Shown here in pieces: positions 35,743-46,545 of a stretch of DNA of 64,000 nucleotides (its first letter is position 1; each line of letters starts with the position of its first letter). Source of the DNA: Paraspadella gotoi (Eukaryota > Animalia > Chaetognatha). Position numbers and translations under genes: made by a program. The stretch covers positions 9,536,339 through 9,600,338 of the forward strand of contig CM119267.1 in assembly GCA_051294375.1 (NCBI GenBank), given 5' to 3'. The notes under the pieces are model-generated. The model did not search any database, was not told the origin of the DNA, and was given only the letters and a program-made list of their open reading frames with translations.

Positions 35743-38700
35743 TATTTGCCTCGGATCTCGGAGCCATCGAAGAATGCTAACGACTTGGAGGAAGTGATCG
35801 AACCGGAAAGAAGGATCGCGGTTCTCGCCAAATGTCAGATCCTCGTAGTCGGCGGGGGACCGGCCGGCCTTTCGGCAGCCTTGGCTGCGAGGTGGGCACT
35901 GTGCGACGAAGATGTATTATATTGTTAATATTTTAACACCACTAGTAATAGGGCACTTAATTGCCCTGTTCTGAAATTGCAGGCGAACGGGAGCTGACGT
36001 AATACTGATGGAAAGATTTGGGTGTTTCGGTGGTGTGATCACCACCGTAGGCATGGAAACCATCGGATGGTAAGTTGGCACAAAAATTGAACAAAAAAAT
36101 GCCGGGCAACTTGGGAAATGACTTGGGGAAAGACGAAGAGAAGGATAAACAAAATAAAATAAGACTACTAGAAAGTCTACGACAAAGTCCATTTATGTTT
36201 ATGAAGTATTTATAACGTAAATTTAGTTTTCGATTACCGTAATCATTACGTATTAAATCAAATTTATTCAAAATGAATACGTTGCAGGTATAGGTACGAA
36301 GGCACTGTAGACTGCGAAGGCATTGGGAAAGAGATGGAGCGGCTAGCTGCTAGAATGGGCGGTGCCCTCAAGTGGCCTTACAACGACAGCCATTGTTTGG
36401 ACGCGGACTTCTTCAAGATCGTCGCCGATCACCTCGTCCGAGAAAGTGGGGTGCGAGTAGTAAATACGTTTTTTATTTCTTGATTAATGGTAATTGTCGT
36501 GAAATTAAACTTTATGAAATAAGTGATATTGAAATATCGTTTTTCTTAAGTTTAAAGAAAAGAAAATCCTCTCAGTTTGACAGCATTTCAATCTTCATAA
36601 CGCTAGCGGATAAGCCAACCTTTTCTATTTTAAAAAAAATGTATATGATTTTTCCTCGTGCTGTCAAAAATGAGAGATCGAACGCAAAAGCTGGTTAAAG
36701 GAAGTTATATCCTGTTTTCGTGGAGTCTTACAGACCACTACTCCACGAGGAATTTTAAATTACGTCGTCGAAAGTATAACGATGCACATGAGTTAAGTGG
36801 AATTCGTTCATCAACAGTTAATACTTAATGGTTAAAGTCCGTAAATCTCGACACATATCTTTCAAATAAGATCTCGCATTTTTTTTATTTCGCTTTCGAA
36901 TTTATTATTCAGGCCTCTTGGCACGAGCCTTTGAACTTCCGCCTTCGCAGTATAAATTTGATTTTTACCATTTAGCCAATAAAATACTGAAAAAAAACAA
37001 CAAAAAAACTGAATAAAATCCTTTTTTTATTTGCTAGCTGAAGTTTTTCGGTTACGTATAATTCAAATCCCGTAATAACTTTCGTTCTTCTGAATTCGAA
37101 TTACCCAATATACATTGAGTTTTTTCCCTCCTTATTTACTGTCAAGGCGGTCGTATTAAATCAACCGATTTAGCCGCTTGTTCCTGACGTAAATTGAAGT
37201 CGAGGCGATGGTGTCGTCTCCTGATTTTACCCACTATGAGTTCTTTTGCCGTGTCTGATATAAATCTTCTTATAATGTTTCCATAAATCACTTCTTCCCT
37301 GAAGTGAAATTTTTTATTCAATATTGCTTTCAAGACATAGTTTACATCAGTTTGTATCTCAGTTGGTTAATTTTTCACAAGTTGATTTCCTTTCACTTTT
37401 ATAGATCCGGCCGATTCTGCACTGTTTGGCCGTAGAAGCGATAATGGATGGTGATGTAATAAAGGTCTGGACATGAAACAAAAAGGATAAAAAGATATTG
37501 AAACAGAAACATTTCGAGAACTATTTTCTTATCAGGGAGTTATTACCGAAAGCAAGTCTGGACGGCGAGCAATTTTGGCCCAACGCGTGATTGACTGCAC
37601 AGGTCAGAAACTAGGGAGTCTTGTCACGATGCGTTAAGCTGCGAGTAATACTAGCCCAGAGTCAGAAAATTTGAACTTACAGACTATATTTTAATGCCCA
37701 CCGCAAGGCGATGCCGACGTGGCGTTCCTGGCAGGCGCCCAATATCGTAAGACGTCCAAAGAAGAGATGATGGGCGTCACCACCGTCTTCAGCGCCAGCG
37801 GGGTGGACAAAAAAAAGTTTCTTCGGCACGCCGGTGTCCAGTTGCCGTTTTTTAAAATATTCCCCCCCCTCCCTCAATACTTTGGTTATTGAACTTAATT
37901 CAATTTAAAAGAAAAACATCCGGCGACGTACAAGGACTGGAGCCGAACGTGGGAACAAGAGACGACGGGGAAAGAGGACGACCTGAAGAGTCCTTATTGG
38001 GACGCAGAGTTCGAAGAGGTCGAGTCGTCACGGACATATCCTTCGATCGGGGATGACAAATTTTAGATCGAAGTTCTTAAATAATATTACATAATATTGC
38101 GTTTGATTAAAAAAAAATAATCGAATGATCAGGCTCGAAAGAAAGGTATCATACCTTCGGACACGAACAACTTGTGCGGATCCTGGTCGGCTTTGTCAGA
38201 CGCAGGTCTGCTTCGCCTTTTGTTTCGGTTTCCGCTCTCGGTTTTAGCTGTTGGTAGTTTTCAGGGGAGGCGACTAACCTAAACCTTGCGCACATGACGG
38301 GATACGACTGTACCGACGTTGAAGACTTGACGAAAGCCGAGATAGAAGGCAGGCAGCAGGCTATGCACGCTCTTAAGGCAAGTAATATTTTTAGCGTTTG
38401 TATGACGTATGTGTATTCCTCCGTGTAAGAAAGAGGGAGAGAGAGAGATTCGAAAATAGATTATAAAAAATAGTCTATAAATTAATCTAGTGACTTGTGA
38501 GGCGATACTCAGTGACCCGACTCATTATTTGGTGCGATAAACAAAGGCACCACCTGAAGCAGGATACCGTCTATCGAGAGATTATTCAAATTAAACGCAG
38601 GCGCTGAAAGGAGTGGTGCCCGGATTCGAAGGCGCCAAATTGCGCAACTTTTCCATGACGCTAGGGACGCGCGATTCGAGGAAAATCCTCGGACGCTACA

Positions 38701-39224
38701 ATTTGACCGGCGACGACGTGCGGAGTCAGGCCAAGTTCGACGACGCCGTTGGGATTTTCCCGGAATTCATCGACGGATACTCGATCCTCATTTTGCCGAC
38801 GACAGGAAGATATTTTCAGGTCCGCTCATTGTTTTTTTTTTGGTTTCCCTTCTTTACAATTATTCTATCACGTCCCTCAACAGGTCCCTTTTCGTTGCAT
38901 GGTTCCGGTGGGCGTGGAGAATTTGTTAGTGGCCGGTCGCTGTGTCGCGGGTGATAAAACTTCGCACGCAGCGATGAGGAATATGATGGCCTGTACCGTC
39001 ACCGGACAGGGAGCAGGTGCTATTTTTTAATTTTAAGTAATTGGAGAATTGAAGCTCGGCGTCAACCGTCTCATTCATGATGATCTACCTTCAAACATAT
39101 CATTTTGAATATGACTTCAGGCGTTGGGGCGGCGATATCTTTGAGAAAGGGCGTGCCTTCGTCCATGGTCGAGATCGAGTCCGTTCAAGAAGAATTGATA
39201 AGACAAGGCGTCAGAATTCATTGA
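35743..39224 (+). CDS. FAD-dependent oxidoreductase (FAD_oxidored / PF12831-like), at least 466 aa; start codon on an upstream micro-exon
   Basis: Exons 35743-35891, 35983-36069, 36288-36450, 37405-37464, 37536-37602, 37708-37833, 37912-38018, 38133-38205, 38265-38377, 38601-38819, 38884-39016, 39121-39224 (1401 nt, open to TGA). Motifs ILVVGGGPAG, ERFGCFGG, IDCTGDADVAFLAG, RDSRKILGRYNLTGDD, ENLLVAGRC, RNMMACTVTGQGAG. A tentative start is ATG 34885 (ATGGCAGAGAG|GTAAGT) plus a micro-exon ending at 35473. Confidence 0.92.
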
Positions 39225-39879
39225 GGAGAAACTTAAACTAGGTCGACGTCCGCAATATTTTTTTAAGAGTTAGTTGAACTTTTTTAAAACGTCTGAAACA
39301 AAACAAAGCCGGTCGTTCCTTCCTTGATCTATAATGAAGAGTAATTTATCAAATACTTGGCAGTTGCTTTTTTTTAGTATTGATCTTTTTTCTAAACGTC
39401 TACCGGCTCGTCTCGTCATTTCTGTGTCAAAAAATAACGAGATCATAGTTTGTCTCCTTGCGAAGACTTATCGGGCGGGACGGCTAATTGGTCGGTCACC
39501 GTGAAGGACGGCCGGATTGTAAAGATCAAGGTCAAAGACCGATTTTCTACTGATAAATATATATATTAAAAACAATATCCACAAATTCTATGAAAATTTG
39601 CAAAATTACTTGTTTCACTATTTTCTATTATTATATTTGATAAAGGTTTTACTATTTAATCTATATTATTTTATTATTATATACATATTGCTTATTTTTT
39701 ATTTATCATTATATCTAATAATTCATTTTGGGAGGGGGAGGTCAGTGGTGTCTTCTGCCTTGACAATGAGTGGAGAAAGTTGGCTTTTAAAATCGGGTTT
39801 CATTTTCCAACTCACTGTTTTTAAATTCAATTTTTTATGGGGAACTTTTAGCACTTTTTTAAACAAAGTATTTATTGAG

Positions 39880-40320
39880 ATATTAACAGTATTAATATCC
39901 TCAGAAAGCCCTTAAAAATTTGAAGAGAATGATATAATTACGAAAGCTCTCACATAAAAATTAAGATGCCAGCCTTGGTTTAATTAAGAGAGTTAAAAGT
40001 GAATTATCTAAAATTGTAAATTTTTTAAACAAATATATGACCTGTTTAAATTATTATACATAAAATATTATTATTTATACAAGTATCATGAAAGAGCCTA
40101 GGAAAAAAAGATTTAAGATAGCCAATCACAATTTAATAAAAATCTTAAATTTACCCTCCAGCTATTGATTTTTGGAAAAATGTCTCGTTTTACTTTTAGA
40201 GTATCTTAATTAAATTAAAGCTGGGCCGGTTAAATTTTATAATTTCATAATTGTCTCTTCACTAAAAGGTCTTTAGGTTCTTAAATTTTCTGAGGAAGAT
40301 TTAGTAAAAGTACTACTGTC
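39880..40320. repeat. Degenerate long inverted repeat (fold-back/MITE-like)
   Basis: TCCTCAGAAA..TGAAGAGA..CCAGC..TTTAATTAAGA..TAAAAGT (39898-40000) is mirrored by ACTTTTAGA..TCTTAATTAAA..GCTGG..TCTCTTCA..TTTCTGAGGA (40192-40297). Confidence 0.6.
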
Positions 40321-41471
40321 AAAGTTAAATGCATAGTTAAAAGCGTTGTCTTTTGTTTGAGATTGAGATGTACTGTTTTTTATCCAGTTATTGCTACCAC
40401 TAAGGGGCCCAAGCGATCCTTTTGTTTTTTTATTTAAAGCTTAAAATAAAAATTGGCTTAAATTAAGTTCAGTTAAGTTAAGTTAAAAATACAATTTTAA
40501 AATAGTTTTACGAATTTGATAATTGATTCTTATATTATCACTAAATTATAAAATACTTTATATAATATTAATAATTTGGTAATAAAATTCGAAGATACAG
40601 AAAAGTATATATGAGTATATTATGACCTTTTTGTTTCGAAGTTTTTCCAACCAACCAAGCAACAGTTAAATTTTAATCATACAATTGCGAATTAGGATTA
40701 TCTTTTTATTCACTTCCTTGAAATACAATTTTATCTATCCTTATCGCCCTAGAGTTTAAATTAAAAATAAACTACACCCAAAGATCTACGCCGATATTTT
40801 CATGGAACGTTTTCAATTTTTCGCCCAGCTGAAAAAGTTCTGTCTAAAGTCGGAAACGAAAAAATTTATGCATAAAACGCTATAAACGGAGATCTATGCT
40901 CTCGAGCGCCGCTCACCGTAAACCGTTTGTGTCACGTAACCGGGTTATAAAACTCACGTTTATCGCCAGTAGTTAAATTTATTTGCAGATATAAAAAGCG
41001 AGAAAGTTGAATGAGGAAAAAAAAAACGGAGCGTAAAGTTTATGGGATTTTAACTTTGGAGGAAAAGTGTCTGGGCGGTGAGAACCATGATGATTATGAC
41101 GTCGAAGGTAACGGGAGAATTGAATTAGTTCAAACATTTTTTGGAAGAAGAAAAATTAGAATATGAGATGGCTCCGCATGGAGTAATCCTAATTTTAATA
41201 GATTTAAAATATTGGATACACCTCGAACGAAGGTAGGATCGTGTTCTAACATAAAAAAAAACAAACCAAACAAACAAAAAAACGGTCAATAAAGTAGGAT
41301 GCCTTCATATTTGTGAGACTGTGGTGAGGAGAGAAAAAAACAAGAATCTCTTGGAGTGACAGACGGACAGAAAACCTCAACGAGTCTGCTGATCCGGCAA
41401 AAATCAACTCTATAGATTCGTGAACGACATTCACGCTTCGGCGCCCGCGGAAATAAAGAAACGAGAAGGGA

Positions 41472-41516
<45 letters not shown>

Positions 41517-42344
41517 ACTTGGGTTGGGTTGGGTTGGGTAGAGATATGAACCTCTTTTTCCCCTTTTTTTAGTATTGCCCACTAGAATTTTTTTGACAAT
41601 TCCGTTTGGTCTGACTGTAAAAAAAATTATTTCAGTTATTAACTTTATTTCTGACATAGAAGTACCCTTTTTAATATTATTTTCTTTTTTTCATCATTGA
41701 ATGCCAGAATGACCGAGGACCGAGGTTCAAGGTTGAAATCTCATTTCCTCCTTGTGATCTTTGTCATTGTCAATGGGCAAGAGTATTGGGAATTGGGAAA
41801 TGGGCATGGAAAATCACAAGAATGAAAATCGAAATTTCTTAGAAAAAGAACAGAATAAATTATTAAGTTTGTCTCTTCGTTTGGCGCCACAATTTACGTT
41901 GTCAGCTCTTTTCTTATCTCCCTTATTTTCTTCTTTTCTCATTCATCCATAAATCCATTCATTCCTCTTCTTTCCCATCTTTTTTTTTTATTTTTAAGAA
42001 GTTTTCCCTAGAGTTTCGTTATCTCTATTTCTAGTGTATGTGGTTGACTAAGTTTTTGCGGCCAGATTTGAACCTCGCGACTGTGAAAATTCGTGAGCTT
42101 TTTTCTCCCGGCAATATCGTGGTGCCCTTATTCTTTGCCGAGAATAAAGATAAACTATCCGGCTCAAACTAAACATCAGATGTCCGACTTTCTGGGGATC
42201 GAAAGGCTTTCCAGATTCCCTAATTTATTCGTCCGCATTCGGCATATGTTTTCTCATTCTGTTTGATCCAAAGTCGCTTCGTCGGTAACGTCATCGACCC
42301 GGTCCGGCCGACTGCGCACTTTTTCTCCTTCGTTGTCCTTATCG

Positions 42345-43440
42345 TTTTTTAGTTGCGTTGCGTTTAAGTCACTTATCGGTTGGTCGGCGGGTCGGTCTGC
42401 TGATCTATCCCACTTATATTTAAAATGCTTATAATATGCTTATTTAATACTGTATTATTCTAAATAATGTGATTGAAAGGTTCTAGGTTCTAGGAGAAGC
42501 ATATGTTTATGCATATGTTTTATACTTGTATAATAATATTATTATATAAACATATAAACTGAAACTGAAACTTGGAAAAACATTAAAAAAGATATTTTGA
42601 CATATACTTAAAAATTATATTCAAAATATAAAGGTGCCTCTATAAAATTTTCCACAGTACACTATCAGAACATACAATTCTACTATGTAGTCTTATCTTC
42701 ATGATAAAAATAATCATACGATATATCGTTAATCCCCCAAAAATTATCAACTCCTATTTTTGTTTAGCCTTGTAAATATTATAAGTTTCTTATTAGACAT
42801 TGTGATTAAACTTTCTTTTGTTGTGTTTTGAGATATTTGAAATTAAAGACGAAGTATTACTAATTTTCCAACAGGAATGTTGTACGATATCTATTAAAAA
42901 ACTGGAACAAAAAATAATTTAACCTTGTGTTGTGTAGATGCACTCTTTATTTCCAGAAGACAACACTAATGTCCCTATCCCAAACCGATAAATAATATTA
43001 TATTTAAATATTTAACACAAAAAATAATTTTAACAAATAAATAAAATAATAAATAATAGTTATTATTAAATCTAAAAAAATAAAGATAGTGAAACAAGTA
43101 ATTTTGCAACTTTTATAAATAGAAAGTCTTAACATTGTAAATTATGTAATTTTTAGTTAATATAATTAATATTTTTTATAGAGAATGAGGTATCATTAAA
43201 TTATGCATGTTTTATACTTAAGTCAAGAAACCATATCAAAATACAGTGAAGTGATCAGAAAGTTAATACGGTATAATTTATTTTGTTTTTCGTAAATACT
43301 TTGCAGGTTGGTGATCAACCGTAAGTTGCTTTTTGTACATATATTTGATACTTATGTCGTTACCTGATAATCAGGAAATTCATCCACAAAAGAAAGTCAC
43401 AGCGGCGCAACACCTTGAACTTCCCGCTCTTGTTTTTTTT
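42345..43440 (+). mobile_element. HINE-like element copy, expanded by internal insertions
   Basis: TTTTTAGTTGCG start and GTCG-type microsatellite, then TCCCACTTA..AAAATGC. The 3' subterminal repeat GCGGCGCAAC is followed by TCTTGTTTTT. Homologous to 53561-53920. Confidence 0.55.
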
Positions 43441-43529
43441 TCTATCTTATTTTTAAGCGTCTCGATTGATTCTCGATTCTGACCCCAAAAATGGAAACGA
43501 ATTCGTAAAAGAGTTAGAAATTATTCTTC

Positions 43530-43640
43530 TGTTCCAAGAGGGACTTCCGGTCGAAGGCCTCGATCCGGGGCGTGCTCGTGGAGGGAGGGTGGGCGTGGAG
43601 GGGGGGAGGCGGGCCCGCGCGGACCGGCGGACCGACCTCT
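43530..43640. promoter_or_regulatory. Isolated GC-rich promoter-like element
   Basis: ACTTCCGG (ETS-type), GC-box-like GGGGCGTG and GGGCGTGG, and G-runs in an otherwise AT-rich region; no linked CDS found. Confidence 0.3.
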
Positions 43641-43904
43641 TTCGTTGATCCCGATTTGGCCTTTTAGAATTTTTTGCTTTTTTTTTGGGGGGGGGGGTTA
43701 GGAAGGAGCGAGGTGGGGGAAAGCTTGGCCGACAAAGGGGGGAAAATTTTGTGGGGCAGGAGTCAGAGCCTTTCTTTTTTCATAATCGAAAGCCACACGA
43801 GTCACTTGTCGCGAGCGTTGTCACTTGGAAGAGAAGAGAGAAGAGAAGGAATAGGAAATAAGGAGATGAAAAGAAAGTAGAGAGTAATGTCCTCGCTGTC
43901 GAGG

Positions 43905-44350
43905 TGAGGAAGAAAGGAAGGAAAGATGAAAGGATGGAAGGAAGGAAGAAAGGATGGAAGGAAGGAAGGAAGAAAGCATGGAAGAAAGGATGGAAGGAAG
44001 GAAGGAACGAAGAAAAGAAGGAAGGAAGAAAGGAAAGAAGAAAGGGAGGACGGAAGGAAGGAGGGAAAGAAGTAAGAATGGAAGGATGGAAGGAAGAAAG
44101 GTAGGAAGAAAGGATGGAAGGAAAGAAGAAAGGAAGGAAGGATGGAAGGAAAGAAGGATGGAAGGAATAAAAGAAGTAAGAAAGGATGGAAGGTAAGAAG
44201 GATGGAAGTAAGAAAGGATGAAAGGAAGAAAGGCAGGAAGGAATAATAGGATCGAAAGTTAGGAAGTTAGAAAGGGAAAAAAAAGTAGTGAAGGCAAGAA
44301 GGAATGAAGAAAAAAACCAAGGAAGAATCGAACGAAGTAACGAAGGAAGA
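43905..44350. repeat. (GGAA/GGAT)n purine-rich satellite; duplicated at ~47490-47900
   Basis: Directly visible. Confidence 0.9.
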
Positions 44351-45169
44351 AACGAACGAAGGAACCCACCGCGCTGACGGACCCCGAAGGATGGTCGTCG
44401 TCCACTTCGCTCCCTGTTTCTGTTTGTTTTTGTTTTCGTTTGTCCAGCGACTCAAGCGACCAAAATATATTCCTTTCCTTCCGTTGACGTCTGTCGCAGC
44501 ATTTCGGGCGTCGCCCCTTTCATGTTTTTTAAACTGCTCTTTGACGTCGCCAGGGTTTTTTTTTTTTATTACGTGTTTTTCTTTCTCTATCCGTCTCGGT
44601 GATATTCATGGGTTCACAGAAAATTCCATCTTTCTCTTTGAATTTTTCCCCTATTTTTTAAAACTTATTAAGTATATAATAATATAATTCCCTTCTTAGA
44701 GTTTTCTCTTCCAAATCCATGATTGTCTTCACATTTTCTTCTTTCTTTCTAGCGGCGCAGATTTTCATCTTCCCGTCATAATTTCACTCTACGTTTTCCT
44801 TCCACCTTAATTCCTTTCTTTTTACGCCCCATAATTTTTAATCTTTTTTTTTTCTTTTTCTCGCTTGTCTTCGTCTCACTTTATCAGCCTTGGTCCCTTT
44901 TTATCTTTCTTCGTCTCTCTCGGTCTCATTTCCCGGATTTTTTTTTCTTCTCATAGCATTTTACCGTTTTTCGTCTCTTTTCGCCGGCCTTTGTTTTCTT
45001 TTCGTCTCTCTTCGTCGCCCTTTGTTTACTTTTCGCCTCTCTTAATCACCCTTTGTTTTCTTTTCCCCTCTATTCGCCTTCATCTTATTTTACTTATCCT
45101 TTCTTTGTTTTTCTTAGTTTCTCTTGGTTTCTCTTTAGTCTTTTACCTTTTTGTCTCTCATTGTCTTCG

Positions 45170-45256
<87 letters not shown>

Positions 45257-45369
45257 CACTCCCAACTTCGCGCATCCTTCCTCTTTCCGCTCCTTCCATC
45301 ATAATAATCCTCGTCGGTGACAACCGAGTTTCTTCGCTTCTGGAACGAGGACGCATTTCTCGTATATAT

Positions 45370-45408
<39 letters not shown>

Positions 45409-46249
45409 CTGCAGATTCGATATTCTATACACCCAGAAAAAAACAGGGAAGATGAGCTTACGCTTACTTTCCTAAAACAAACCACGCCGCAGAATTACGC
45501 CGCGTCTGGTCACCCGCGAGTTACCGTCGCAACGCCCCTGTCTTCGTCATCCCGACGCCATCTTGCAAAAAAAAAAGAAAAAAAAAAGAGGCGCTTCGAT
45601 GCCACTATTCACTTCTGCCGTCACTCTTATTTGGGGGGCGCGCGAGCCACCGACTCTCCGTCACAAAATAAAGGGGACTGAGATTCTTCGCCACCAAGCG
45701 GATATTTCTTTTTTTTCAAAAGAGGCTGTCGAGATTCTCCTAGAGGATTTAGAATCTATGCGACGAGTCTTCTCCCTTCCTTCCTTCTCTCCCCAGATTT
45801 CCTCCCCTCTCTCCTCTTGATACGGAGTTTTTAGGGTCACCTTTCATCCGGGTTTCGCGTCCTCGACATTTCAACGCGATTCTTTATTGCGTCTCCGACT
45901 TTTTTTCATTCTATCGCGACGAATCGAGTTTTCTTTTCCATAGAAAAAGATTCTTCCGTCGTTTCTTGGGGCGAGAGACTGACTGACTGAGTAGTCGGCG
46001 TTTTGGCCCTCACGCGAGCGAACGATAAATAAATAAATAAATTTAAAAAAAAAAAAGTAAATAATAAAAAATAAATAATAAATAATAAAAATAAAAAAAA
46101 ATAAAAATAATAATAATAAAAAAAATATAATAATAAAAAAAAATAATAAAAAAAAAATAATAAAAATAATAAATAAATCAATAAAACGTCTAACCCTTCT
46201 ACCAATCAATTTATCAAAAATCTATAAAATCATTGATTAAATATACTCT

Positions 46250-46545
46250 TGTGGATAAGGCGCAAAGTGGGCTGAAGATGACTATCCATAACTTCTATAA
46301 CCCCTCTAGCAGACATGGAACGGGTTACTGGGCTTGGAACCAGGCTTGAGGGTTACGCCGTCCTCTACGCTTCCACCAGGTAGGTAACCGGGTTGGGATT
46401 GAACCCGGTACCTAGTGGTCATGAGCTGATGGCTTTACTCTATCAATGAGCCCAGGGTCAGCAGACTGAAGGTGTCATGCTTATAGGCGGGGTGAACCCT
46501 AGGCAATGCCCGACTACACTCTAAATCATGTAATCAAATAAATCA
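46250..46545 (-). mobile_element. tRNA-derived SINE-like sequence; duplicated at ~49780-50045
   Basis: The minus strand reads GGTACCGGGTTCAATCCCAACCCGG (B-box / T-arm) preceded by a degenerate A-box. It is a GC-balanced island in AT-rich DNA with no full cloverleaf. Confidence 0.45.

Noticed and set aside
46380-46455. tRNA gene
   Set aside because: Only a T-arm/B-box is clear; acceptor and anticodon stems are not supported, so it is treated as SINE-like.
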